A stretch of 64,000 nucleotides of DNA from Tubiluchus corallicola (GCA_030141605.1 JAQGDQ010000952.1:1-64000); one strand, 5' to 3'. Counted from the stretch's first letter, positions 41,083-53,557 are shown. Translations and numbers: made by a program. Notes: generated by a model not told the origin, from the letters alone.

Positions 41083-41967
41083 GAGCTAATTAATAGGACG
41101 TATACAAGTTTCACAAGATTCCACAAGATCAAAATGTTTTAATAAACGAGGATTTCCGGTGGCAGTGCTGAGCTCATTAATAGGACGTATACAAGTTTCA
41201 CAAGATTCCACAAGATCCAAATGTTTTAATAAACGAGGATTTCAGGTGGCAGTGCTGAGCTCATTAATAGGACGTATACAAGTTTCACAAGATTCCACAA
41301 GATCAAAATGTTTTAATAAACGAGGATTTCAGGTGGCAGTGCTGAGCTCATTAATAGGACGTATACAAGTTTCACAAGATTCCACAAGATCAAAATGTTT
41401 TAATAAACGAGGATTTCAGGTGGCAGTGCTGAGCTCATTAATAGAACGTATACAAGTTTCACAAGATTCCACAAGATCCAAATGTTTTAATAAACAAGAA
41501 TTTCAAGTGGCAGTGCTGAGCTCATTAATAGAACGTATACAAGTTTCACAAGATTCCACAAGATCCAAATGTTTTAATAAACAAGAATTTCAAGTGGCAG
41601 TGCTGAGCTCATTAATAGGACGTATACAAGTTTCACAAGATTCCACAAGATCCAAATGTTTTAATAAACAAAGATTTCAGGTGGCAGTGCTGAGCTCATT
41701 AATAGGACGTATACAAGTTTCACAAGATTCCACAAGATCCAAATGTTTTAACAAACAAAGATTTCAGGTGGCAGTGCTGAGCTCATTAATAGGACGTATA
41801 CAAGTTTCACAAGATCCAAATGTTTTAATGAACAAGAATTTCAAGAGGCAGTGCTGAGCTCATTAATAGGACGTATACAAGTTTCACAAGATCCAAATGT
41901 TTTAATGAACAAGAATTTCAAGAGGCAGTGCTGAGCTCATTAATAGGACGTATACAAGTTTCACAAG
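41083..41967. repeat. 87-bp intronic minisatellite, about 10 copies
   Basis: Direct inspection; the last copies are shortened. Confidence 0.95.
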
Positions 41968-42204
41968 CAATTAGCAGACCATTCTTCTCAGACGCTGTAA
42001 AACCGTTTTTTCGGTTTATCTAGATTATTCAAGCTACGGAACAAAGAGTGCATTGACCTTGCCTGAGTGACAAACAACATGATGTGCTTTGACGAGAGGA
42101 AACCACAACGGAGGCATTTTACTTGCGGAAGCCAACTTCCTCGACGTGGAGTGTAACTTCCGAAAGATGGCATAAAGGAAAGTGCATCATAGTGCATGGT
42201 GAAA

Positions 42205-42206
42205 GT

Positions 42207-42239
<33 letters not shown>

Positions 42240-42624
42240 AGAGAGAGGGAGAGATGGAGAGAGAAAGAAAGAGAGAGAGAGAGAGAAAGAGAGAGGGGGA
42301 AGAGAGAGAGAGAGAGACAGAGAAAGAGGGAGAGAGAGAGAGGAGAGAAAGAGAGAGACAGATGGACAGAGAGAGAGATTGAGAGATGGAGAGAGAGAGT
42401 GTGAGAAAGAGAAAGAAAGAAAGACACTGAACAGAAAGAAAACGAAAGAAAGAGAGAGAGGCACAGAGAGAGGGAAACAGAATGGGAGAAAGAAAGAGGG
42501 AGCGAGACACTGAACACTGAACACGGAACAGAAAGAAAGAGAGAGAGAGAGAAAGAGAGAAAGGAGAGAGAGAGAGGGTGAGAGAGAGGGAGAGAGAGAG
42601 AAAGGAGAGAGAGAGAGAGAAAAA

Positions 42625-42672
<48 letters not shown>

Positions 42673-42790
42673 AAGAGAGAAAGGAGAGAGAGAGAGAGAG
42701 AAAAAGAGAGAGAGAGGGGGGATCAGCAAGAGAGAAAAAAGAGGCAGAACAGCGTGAGGGGGAGAGAAAAAGAGAAAGAGGAAAAGAGAT
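42205..42790. repeat. Imperfect (GA)n tract
   Basis: Direct inspection. Confidence 0.9.
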
Positions 42791-43181
42791 GATTTCAGAA
42801 CAAATGTTAGAGTTAAAAACAACGAATGAGCAGAATAATTCGATTAAGTGAGAAATTGGAAAGACAAAGTCACCTTTATTTGCCGTCGTCTCTTTTCATT
42901 AGGCCTCTCTTTTATCCTGCCCAATAATTACAGTTGAACTTTTCAAGTCCCAACTTTTAGCTCAGCTGCAAGCAGTTGCGTAGCGGAGGGTTTTTGTGCT
43001 TTAATATTGAACTAACACTATTGCAGGAAATTTAGAATGGAGAAAATAAAATGTTCTATGTTCTATGTTCTATGTTTGATGTTTTAGCGTAAGTTTTGTA
43101 GTTCTCTCAAAGACGCCCCACTTTCATCTTTTATTACAGAAATCGTTTTTGGTGGATTATTTAGCACTGTATTGAGAAACT

Positions 43182-43722
43182 ACGGCTAAATCACGTTGAA
43201 AACACCAGTTCTCGTCTGATCACCGAAGTTAAGCAGCGTAGAGCCTAGTTAGTACTTGGATGGGTGACCGCCTAGGAATGCCAAGTGCTGTAGGCTTGCG
43301 GGATGCCCACACTGTATCTCGACACTCTGTGGAGGAGCTACACAAGCAGCCACCGGCTAGAGGACGGAGGAGGTCAAGTGACCCAACGGCCATGTGTAGA
43401 GGAGTAAACCTTCCAAATCAGGAGTGGAGCCCCGAAGGCAGACCAGTGCAGCATGCTCACTGACTCCGGCAGCTCCTGCAGCCAACCTGGTGCCAAACGT
43501 ATCGCTCCGCTTTCCTTTGGACTACATCAGGGAGGAAGAGAGGGGGTTCCTGTTGTCTGGGCAACTCAGGATCTCCATACACCTTGCCCAGGCGTGCGCC
43601 CTGGAGACGTTCAAGGATCGCACTGCTCAGCCACAGTCGACGCTGCAGCTCCATCAATGTGATCAATAGCTGACTCTCTTGACGCACACTCCATTGTCTT
43701 CCGAGACAGAAGGATGCCAACC
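43182..43722 (+). mobile_element. Near-full-length 5S-rRNA-derived SINE (SINE3-type) with RTE-like body and tail
   Basis: 43180-43297 is a recognisable metazoan 5S rRNA sequence with an internal control region (agttaagc..., ttggatgggtgacc); ~425-bp GC-rich body; 11-bp TSD attgagaaact at 43171-43181 and 43723-43733. Confidence 0.9.
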
Positions 43723-43812
43723 ATTGAGAAACTCTGGCACTTTCAATCCTTAGGACAATCGTCAAAAGTAATGTCGTTGGGACTACAACACGGGCTGCGC
43801 TTAGCACGCTTA

Positions 43813-44520
43813 GGGGTATTTCACAGTGAGGACGCAACAAAAATGACACACAGGATTGCTGTCAGAAAATCAGAAAATTTGCGATTTTTCTGAAAATCCC
43901 ACGGAGCAAGAAAGTTCATTTCACAGTGAAGTCTAAATTAAGTTATACTTGTCGTATTTCTCGTATACAAAGCACAATTAATGATTTTAGTCAATGTAAT
44001 GTCAAGACACGTTTGCTTTTTTAGTAAAGTTGTACTAACCACTTCAAAATTTGAAAATATGCATATATAAAATAAATATGTGCGTGCGTAATTTTCCTTT
44101 TTTACGAGTATAGGCATCGACGTTGCATTGAAAAAATATATAATCGTCTGTTTGTTAAAAGAGAGATTGAATGTTAGAATTTTATGCTGAAACGTGATAA
44201 TTGTTGTTCATTAAACAAGAAAGAAGGAATTGAACAGGTAATTTTTTGTCTAAATTCCGCTAGCACGAAAATGGAACATGCTACCGTGCGGCAAAACTCC
44301 TCACGAGGAGGACGCATAGCTTCTAGCAGGCAGCAAAATTCCTCACGAGGAGGACGCATAGCTTCTAGCAGGCAGCAGAATTCCTCACGAGGAATTACAC
44401 GAGGAAATTTTTCATGAGGTGCAACTGTGTAATGCGCCGTGTGCTCTGCGTTTGTGTGAAATGCCGCAGGGAATTCCTTCTCGAGGCATTTCTCTGCGCG
44501 TCCTCACTGTGAAATGGGCT
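43813..44520. mobile_element. PIF/Harbinger-like MITE
   Basis: TIR atttcacagtgaggacgc / gcgtcctcactgtgaaat; TTA on both flanks. Confidence 0.75.
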
Positions 44521-44890
44521 TTAAGAGACATTTTCTGGTGAGAACTGATGCAGCCAGTACGTACATCTGGGCTGTAAAAGCGAAATAGTAAAGATTTTAT
44601 GGCTTCTTGACATGAAATGAAAGTCGTGTTATTCGAAAAACTAAAAGCAAATTTGAAGCAGCATTAGTCAAAAATCGTTTGTTTTGTAATAAACATGAAA
44701 CTCGCGGTGAAGTGCAATTTGCTTCTTTTATGCTACAATGTGGAACCTTGGCGTTCTGTAATTATCTTACAGCTAGAGCTATTTACTTTGTTTGAGGTAA
44801 TAACCGAGATCTTTAAAAACGCATGACGATGAATAGTGCCTTACGCTTCAGTTTACAAGTAATAATAATAATAATTATAATAATAATAAT

Positions 44891-44944
<54 letters not shown>

Positions 44945-45146
44945 AATAATAATAATAATAATAATAATAATTTTGCTTATGACACATAGTCCACGGATAA
45001 CACCTTAATAACTCATAACTTGTTTCCAACGATGATGATGGTGATGATGGTGATGAAAGCGACGACGACGACGAAAACAACAGTCATCTTAATGAAAGTC
45101 ATAGCATTTGCTTTCTCGTTCACAACACCATTCTTGTGAGACTGTT

Positions 45147-45228
45147 GCCGGGTGGTGCAGCTCAATGCAAGCGTGCTCTCTTTTCACCCGGGAGGTCGAG
45201 GTCTCAATTCCCGACTTAGTCATACCAA
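45147..45228 (+). mobile_element. Possible degenerate tRNA-derived SINE head
   Basis: Decayed A-box-like (tggtgcagctcaatg) and B-box-like (ggtctcaattccc) motifs at tRNA-like spacing; no cloverleaf closure. Confidence 0.3.
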
Positions 45229-45264
45229 ATCGTACCGTTATATCAAAATCATTTGATCGTTATC

Positions 45265-45300
45265 ATTTCAACATCATCATCGTCGTCATCAGCATCATCG

Positions 45301-45333
<33 letters not shown>

Positions 45334-45565
45334 CCATGGTCGTCGTCATCATCATCATCGTTATCATCATCATCATCATCACCATCGTCGTCGTCATCAT
45401 CATCATCGTCATCATCATCCTCATGACCATGGTCGTCGTCATCATCATCATCGTTATCATCATCACCATCGTCGTCGTCATCATCATCATCGTCATCATC
45501 ATCACCATCGTCGTCGTCATAGTCATCATCATGATGTCATTATTATTATCAACGTCATCATAACA
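45265..45565. repeat. (CAT/CGT)n microsatellite; related tracts at 44860-44970 and 46247-46510
   Basis: Direct inspection. Confidence 0.9.
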
Positions 45566-46073
45566 ACAATAACAACAAAAATATTTACACAATTATAATG
45601 TTGACTAAACCGTAACGCAACAGCAGCAGCAGCAACTACAACAACAACAGCTGCAACGCCACTGTTACGTCATGATTTTGTTAAGCATAATGTATCATGG
45701 CAAAGCATAAACGCGTTGCCTCTCTGATCAAAGCCAAGAGACAAGAATAAACTGGTACATCAAGAAATATTGTTACAAAGTGCTTTTTAGACGGCACAAA
45801 TGGAGGGGGGGTGGTATCACAATAATGCATAATAATTAATGAATGAATGCGGGGGCATCTCAATAATGAATGTCAATAATGAATAATAAATAATGAATGA
45901 ATATGGAATGAAAAATACTCATGTTAGATGTCACCAATGTAAATCATGTACAAAAATAAGAATACCTCCCAATAAACCATTTTCTTCTCATATTTAAGTA
46001 ATTATTATACCGAGCAACTTTCAGAAACATTACTGGCTGTGCATTGTGTACAGTCTATTATAATTTTAGGTAC

Positions 46074-46213
46074 CTTTTATAGTAAGTGCTTGATCACGTA
46101 TGGTTTTCCAAGTGGATACATAAAGTATGCTATTGATGAACAAAACTAGCAGCAAAGGAATCGTGGTGTAGAACAAACCGGATGTGGCACCTTTCACACC
46201 GTCAAAATAACAG
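46074..46213 (-). CDS. Orphan 7TM receptor, exon 3 (ECL2 Cys and TM5)
   Basis: tttcag|C TGT...AAA G|gtacct, phase 2 to 1; FCYFDGVKGATSGLFYTTIPLLLVLFINSILYVSTWKTIRDQALTIK. Not in the ORF track; the donor site is weak. Confidence 0.8.
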
Positions 46214-47255
46214 CTGAAAAAAGATTTGACAATTCAAATTCTCGCTATCATCGTCATCATCATCATCGTCGTCGTCGTCATCTTCATCGTCGTCGTTGTC
46301 GTCATCATCATCACAATAGCCATCATTTTGTCGTCGCCATCAATATCATCGTCGTCGTCGTCGTCACCATCATCATCATCATCATTATCACCGTCACCAC
46401 CATCACCATCATCATTACCATCATCATCAACTAAATCATCATCATCATCATCATCATCACAGTCATCGTATTCATCATTGTCGTCGTTGTCCTCATCATC
46501 ATTAGTGTCGTCACTTTCAAAACTAACTGATGTTAAGACGAGAGCGAAAACAGGCAAATGACAGCAACAGCAACAGCAACAGCAACAATAAATGTAATGA
46601 AGGAATAGATTGTAAATGCCAGAAAGAAATGTGAATAAATTGATGAATATGAATTTTTGTAGATAATTAATGGAGTTATCAGCTGAATTAGATTCAGTTG
46701 ATAAACTCACGCCTCCCTGATTTCGTTAAATAAATTTACACGGTTGAACAAGAAACTCATCCAGCTGGCAGCCCGAATTTAATGCGTTAGAATTGTCACA
46801 CGAGTTATAGAAAGTGCAGGTGTAGTGTTCGAGAAAGACACTATTGTTTAACAAGGATACATGCAGAGTAGGAGCTAATTAGGATGAGGTCTAGAGCGAT
46901 TAAGTTGTCGCATGGAAATAATTTAATGATAGGAGCCAAGGTCTCTATCACTGCTCAGCGACATTAGATGGAAATCTGAAGATTTGTCGACAAGACGCAA
47001 TGAGGATCTCAAAGCTGATGGAATTTAAGAAACTCATTACTGGTTGTAAAATCAGAAGTGAAAGGAAAGTCGCTTAGGAAGGGGCAGGATAGGAAAAAAA
47101 TTTTCCCCGTTTTCCTTTAATATGAAGTAAACTATAAATGACTACTGATAAAGGAGAAAGAAGAGAAGAAAGTTGGGGTTTTTTATTTATTTAAAACAAA
47201 AAAGTTTTCAAAATGTCAAAAGTATTTGATACCACTTATGTTAAAGCTCACTTAC

Positions 47256-47491
47256 AATACACCGTTTGGTCCAAACTGCCCCAGACACGCAATGATTACA
47301 GCACCACAAAAAGGAGCTCCAAACGTCCAGAGAAGCAAGTAGCAATCGTAAGGACCAAAGTTCAACTTCTTGCCGAAGACCACAAGGCAGAAGCAGTTGA
47401 TGGCGACAACGTTGACCATGGAATTCTGCGCTGTAATAAATTCGGCTAACATGAAGCCAAAAATGGCGCACTCCGGGAGGGGAATGTTGTC
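47256..47491 (-). CDS. Orphan 7TM receptor, exon 2 (TM3-TM4)
   Basis: tttcag|GAC...GTA TT|gtaagt, phase 0 to 2; DNIPLPECAIFGFMLAEFITAQNSMVNVVAINC...GQFGPNGV. Confidence 0.87.
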
Positions 47492-47844
47492 CTGAAATAA
47501 TTTAAATTGTGACAAATTACGATTTAGAACAATTTATCACTGAACCTAAAACGAAAACTACGGATATGTAGAACAGCCAACTAAAAATGGAATTTCAATT
47601 TCATTTCAATTTCGACTTGTGATTTTGAAACTGAAATTAGTTTTTGAGTTCCTCTTTCAGCCATGACGTCAGCAATTTTTTGTTCTGTTTTTTTTTTGGT
47701 TAAATGTTTTAGCAGAAACAAAATTTATTATTATTTTTCTTGTCAGGTATTTTAAAAATTGCCAGCTCATAATAAACAGAAAACAATGTAGTCATGTGAA
47801 CGGGACCTAAGTAAGTTTCTTTTGGTGCAAAAGAACTATTGAAG

Positions 47845-48330
47845 GTAACTAGAATTAGTTCATTTTCTAAAAATGTTAGTGAACCTTGAATTAGTCTCTT
47901 TTCTAAGAAGTTAGAGAACCTTGAATTAGTTCATTTTCTAAAAAGTTAGAGAACCTTGAATTAGTTCATTTTCTAAAATAGTTAGAGAACCTTGAATTAG
48001 TTCATTTTCTAAAAAGTTAAGGAAATCTTGAATTAGTTCATTTTCTAAAAAGTTAAGGAAATCTTGAATTAGTTCATTTTCTAAAAAGTTAAGGAAATCT
48101 TGAATTAGTTCATTTTCTAAAAAGTTAAGGAAATCTTGAATTAGTTGATTTTCTAAAAAGTTAAGGAAATCTTGAATTAGTTCTTTTTCTAAAAATTCAG
48201 AGCAACTAGGAAATTGGATTAGTTCATTTTGTCACGGAAGTACTTTGGGAAATGAAAATAGTTCTTTTTCTTGCCAGAGAACTAGAGTTTGAACAAACTC
48301 CTAAAATTGACCCGACCCTGTCCAACCCTG
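47845..48330. repeat. About 35-bp minisatellite inside a probable hAT-like MITE end
   Basis: ttgaattagttcattttctaaaaagttaaggaaatc repeats; ends ...tgtccaaccctg. Confidence 0.75.
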
Positions 48331-48864
48331 GTTATTTGTAACATTTCGCTGTGCAAAACTGTAACTGCATTTCGTTCGCCACAAGATCTTACGATTAAAG
48401 GAAAGAACAAGTCACTTAGCAGGTTGAGTTCGTTTTACTCCTATCACTTAAGTCAGTTTATACTGAGGCTGAATAGAAATTTCACTAAGTGCCTTTCCGT
48501 AAGTGCACAGTATTTACAAAAGATTACAGTAATAGTATTAGTAGCACTAACGCGTAGTACTTACGTGGGGGTACTGTTAATTTACATAGCGCTTACATCT
48601 ACGCAGGCTGCGCAACTGCTTGTGGTGTGTTATAACACACGCGCTTTATATGGACATCAAAGGATGCGCATCTTCCGAGAACAATAAGAGTTTTTAACAC
48701 GAGATCCTAAAATCTGACACCCTCAAAATTTGACGCGACAGCCTAGTTAGATTTTTGATAAATACGCCCATGTTAATTACATATCTTGATTAGAATAGGT
48801 TCTGTAACATAATAAGACATTAAAGTTTTAGGCCTTTCAAGTGTAGACACGCGCAAGACATTAC

Positions 48865-49206
48865 CTCGAGAGCAACGATGTAGGCGTGGTCCATCGTGTG
48901 TGAGATGTTGAAGAACATGTCACATAGTGCAAGATACACCACCAGTCTCTCGCTGGTGTTCCATTTAAAAAAGTTCTTTCCCTTGTTCGCACGATTGAAG
49001 AAAAATGAGCATACGATCACGGTGATTCCGCAAGCTATGCTTAGCTGTATGCAAGTCAATGCGGATATGTGTAGCAGGTAGAATTCTGTGGTAGCCACGC
49101 CACATTCTGCTCCATATAGCGGTAGATCGTAGCCACTAGTGGCATTTGCCGTATTCTTATACACGCTTTCTACGTTGCAGTCGCTGTTGTTGGTCTGATT
49201 GTCCAT
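48865..49206 (-). CDS. Orphan 7TM receptor, exon 1 (N-terminus, TM1-TM2)
   Basis: MDNQTNNSDC (N-glycosylation sequons)...SERLVVYLALCDMFFNISHTMDHAYIVALE|gtaatg; the four exons join into a 358-aa ORF. Confidence 0.87.
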
Positions 49207-49916
49207 GTTCGTTTGATTTTTGGCCTCTTTACACAATGTTAACACTAGAAGTCAGGCCTGTTAAAGTTTGTGTAGGCCAAAGCGTATAACTTCACTTCAA
49301 TGCTTTTGCATTTAATGTCGCTTCAGTCAAATATTGTTTCTACAGCACCAAAATCAACGCTTTACGTCACAATTGAACAATTCCTTTCAAAAGTATCAAC
49401 ACTATAAGCCTCACTATTAACTATAGCCAGTTTAGCTTCAACACTTCTCAATTACCTTATTTAATGGCTGACTGAAGCAGAAGTGAGGAAGGTTATTAAT
49501 CCACAACTTCCTCTCCCAACAATCCCATCCTGTGACGTCAAAAAGTGTGAAATTTTATCCCGGTATTTCTCGCAGGCGTTTATGGGTAAAAGAGGATGTT
49601 TTGTTCAATTGGGAAATTTATCGAAACTCAGAGAAAATAAGGTCAATAAGGATGTTCACAGATCACAACCTGTCGAAAATCTTGAAGCATTTTAGGTGCT
49701 ATGCAACAAGAGCATTTATCAACACGTGTTCCTCGTGAGGACATTGGGAAATTACACATTATCGCCTCCTGGAGAGGTGGGAATTGACTTTGCTTTCATA
49801 CGTGTTTAATTACAGTCATAATTACCAGACGAAGTTTACGAAAATTTCTCCATTAGGAAGCTCAGTAAACCTACAGTAAGCCATGTTTCTGAGAAAAGCT
49901 AGCTTTAAAACTCCAG

Positions 49917-50097
49917 AAAATTCTAAAGTTTAACAATGTCATCATTTATAACCTTGAAGTGCAAAATAGTAATAAGAGTCAAGCAGCGATCTACAGTGTG
50001 GACGACTACTAGATTCTGCAGTCGAAACGTTTGACATGTTATTAGTATTTTGCACTTCAAAGTTATAAATGATGACATTGTTAAACTTTAGAATTTT
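49917..50097. repeat. 68-bp inverted repeat with a 44-nt loop (Penelope-terminus-like)
   Basis: Arms 49917-49984 and 50029-50097 pair with few mismatches. Confidence 0.85.
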
Positions 50098-50524
50098 ATT
50101 CTAAAGTAAAACGTATTTTTAATCTTATTGACAAGATACGGTAATTTTAAATTTTATTTAGTTAGTGACTTGTGCGCTACGAATGCTCTGATTATTTTTT
50201 CAAACTTTAAAAAATGTTATCTAAACTTGCTTCAAATGACTTGTTGCAAATGGCTGCGTCTAACGATCATCACGGGAGTTTAAATTTACATGTTTTATAC
50301 AGCGTGACTGCCGATTGAAGTCCTGCACGCAAAAACACAGTATGTAAGCGATATAAAATTTCAAAACGAATTTTTAAGCTTTATGTTTATAAAGGGTTTC
50401 CTTGTGCTTTAATATCATCGTGTGTTGTCCACTAATGTGAATGAAGAAAGGGAATTTTTTCACTCGAATCTAACGTAGGAGGCTGGTAACCGATAAGCAG
50501 ACGAGAAGAGCTTATCGGTTATCA

Positions 50525-51966
50525 GCCTCTTATAACAGTAAGCCTCTTAAAGGAGAGAACAGACAGCATAATTACCTCAAAGTACCATGGAATCACTTGT
50601 ACAAAACATACTACAACTTGTTTCCCAATTCCTTTACAAATCCAATTACTGCAAATCTTAAACATCGTTTTACAAGGTTCAACGAATATCATGTCCCTTA
50701 CTGCCGTACTAATGGTGCCAGGCACTTTATTAAATTCACAGCCCACGACAACTGGAATAAAATAAGTGCCCAAGTAAAAACGCACAAAACTATTTTTTCG
50801 TTTCAAAAGGTACTTGAAAAGAACCACCCTTGATGGTTCTTTACATTATAATTCAATCTTGATGCTTCCATGCCACATGCAGTCGCAATGTATGTCCTCC
50901 CATTAATTATAATACACTATTGTAATATAGCTCTATGTAAACTTAAACATGCAGTGTGGTCGTTTCCTCCCCTCCTTCCTATCTCTAGTCTTACTATTTT
51001 TTCTATTCCATCATGTCTACTAACCCTAACCATTCTTTCATTCACTCATCCTCCCCTCCTTTCCTTCTACCTATCTCTAATCTTACTATTTTCTTCCATT
51101 CCATCATGTCTACTAATCCTAACCATTCTTTCATTCACTCATCCTCCCCTCCTTTCCTTCTACCTATCCCTAATCTTACTATTTTTTCCATTCCATCATG
51201 TCTACTAATCCTAACCATTCTTTCATTCACTCATCCTCCCCTCCTTTCCTTCTTCCTATCCCTAATCTTACTATTTTTTTCCATTCCATCATGTCTACTA
51301 ACCCTAACCATTCTTTCATTCACTCATCCTCCCCTCCCTTCCTTCTTCCTATCCCTAATCTTACTATTTTTTCCATTCCATCATGTCTACTAACCCTAAC
51401 CATTCTTTCATTCACTCATCCTCCCCTCCCTTCCTTCTTCCTATCCCTAATCTTACTATTTTTTCCATTCCATCATGTCTACTAATCCTAACCATTCTTT
51501 CATTCACTCATCCTCCCCTCCCTTCCTTCTACCTATCTCTAATCTTACTATTTTCTTCCATTCCATCATGTCTACTAATCCTAACCATTCTTTCATTCAC
51601 TCATCCTCCCCTCCCTTCCTTCTTCCTATCTCTAATCTTACTATTTTCTTCCATTCCATCATGTCTACTAATCCTAACCATTTTTTCAAACACTCATCCT
51701 CCCCTTCCTTCCTTCTTCCTATCTCTAATCTTACTATTTTCTTCCATTCCATCATGTCTACTAACTCTAACCATTCTTTCATTCACTCATTTGTGCCACC
51801 TTAACAAGCCAAGCTTTCAAGGTGCCATACAGCAACTCTTTTATTTGGTTAATTTGACTTTGTCAATGTTTTTTTACCTATACTGTTTCTTTTTTTTTCA
51901 ATAATATTGTATGTTGATGTATTGTATATGTATTGCTGGAGTGAAATAAATTGATTAATTGATTGA
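50525..51966 (+). mobile_element. L2/Crack-like LINE 3' end with ~93-bp tandem repeats in its 3' UTR
   Basis: ORF 50597-50833 (YHVPYCRTNGARHFIKFTAHDNWNKI...SFQKVL); pyrimidine-rich array about 50965-51790; ends gaaataaattgattaattgattga. Confidence 0.7.
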
Positions 51967-52958
51967 GAGTCACGTTAATAAAACTTAGATTAGCTAAGTG
52001 TGATATGCAGTTGCATGCTAGTGGCTAAAACACGTCTACTAGTTGACTGCTTTTAAGATATAAGCAAATATTTACTTTAAAACAAACACAGTCTGTGCAA
52101 ACTCTCCTCGTTAAATTAAAAACAAAATCTATATTTACATTATAAAATATTAATTTTAATGTAACAATAATTTATCCTGACAAACATGGGAAAATCTGGA
52201 GAGGAAAATGCTGACACAAATCATTCTCTCGGTTATATTTCATTCGCAATATAACATTACTGTCGACAAACGCAACATCTAACAGTAATGCTGGCTAATG
52301 TGCACACATAATGAATGTGTATATCATATTATATTATTATGGCATATTATTATGTTATAAATATAAAACGATCGTCTATCCGCTTTACACACAATCATCA
52401 ACCTGAATAGTTTAGCATCACTTCAAATTCTTCATTTTCTAATCTCTGACGTGATCCATCTTATTGCTTCACAAAGACTTACATCTCTAACTAGTGTAAT
52501 TGTTTTTCTACCTATTCTTATCTATAGCAACACACTTAGCAATAGAGTTACTGGCACTTATACTTGGCCACTGGTCAGTGGATAAAAGAACAGTAATATC
52601 AATTATGAGGGTTTCCCTCAGTTCTTTGTTAGCTTGAATTTTGTTGACTTTCAAAAATTAACTTCCTTTTTCAACTTCAAGACTTTTTTAACACAGAAAA
52701 TCACCCCTTTCAAAATGAAGCACCTTGTTTGTTTAAAAACGAATAAATCATATGCAGGAAAGACTGTCAGAACTTTTACAGTCTGGGATGAATCTTTCAC
52801 TATGTTGTGATGAGGCAAAATTATTACTTTAAATTTATCATATTGATTCATAACTACCACTTTCTAACGTAGCTGCTTTTAGCCACGTAGCACTTTTACT
52901 GAATGACTATGGCGGTGCTAATGTCTTTTTACTGAGAATAGCTGTATTGCTGGCATTT

Positions 52959-53557
52959 TTACAGGTAAAAAAGGTGACTTGCTACAACTAAGAATACTAA
53001 TGCAAAGGCTTCATTCAGTTTACATTGTGTGCCATACAGCTCACTTGAAGAGCTAGCTGATGTTGTAGTGATTGAGCTTGTTGTAGACGACTCAGTGGTT
53101 GAGCTCACTGTAGACGGTTCAGTAGACGGCTCAGTGGTTGAGCTCACTGCAGGCGACCCAGTGGTTGAGTTCTCTGCAGATGGTTCAGTAGACGGCTCAG
53201 TGGTTGAGCTCACTGTAGATGGTTCAGTAGGCGACCTAGTGGTTGAGCTCACTATAGACGACTCAGAGGTTGAGCTCACTGTAGACGACTCAGAGGTTGA
53301 GCTCACTGTAGACGACTCAGAGGTTGAGCTCACTGTAGACGACTCAGAGGTTGAGCTCACTCTACACGGGTCATTGGTCGAACTCATTGTAGACGGCTCA
53401 GTGGTTTGGTTTGTTGCATCGTAACAATAGTCAAAGTCTGCTTTTGTAGCTGTTTTGTAATTTCCATTTTCTGATTGTCGGCATTGAAAATCATCTTTTA
53501 GCTTCCACGGTTTGTTGAAAACCCAACTGATGTCACAGTCGCATGTGAAATTATTTC
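52959..53557 (-). CDS. LRR cell-surface protein, exon 2 (LRRCT, Ser/Thr stalk, hydrophobic GPI-like C-terminus)
   Basis: tttatag|GA AAT, phase 1, giving IDLSGNNFTCDCDISW; repeated SSTSESSTV; ends AFALVFLVVASHLFYL with no cytoplasmic tail. Confidence 0.85.

Noticed and set aside
43180-43297. Functional 5S rRNA gene
   Set aside because: First bases missing, no oligo-T terminator, fused to a dispersed body and flanked by a TSD; it is a SINE head.
43260-43849. Short ORFs over the SINE copies (also 37911-38253 and 57613-57958)
   Set aside because: Chance ORFs in GC-rich SINE sequence on both strands, without recognisable domains.
44555-44575. Possible micro-exon of the 7TM gene (cttttacag...gtac on the minus strand)
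   Set aside because: The candidate lengths (7 or 11 nt) break the frame, and exons 3 and 4 already join in phase.
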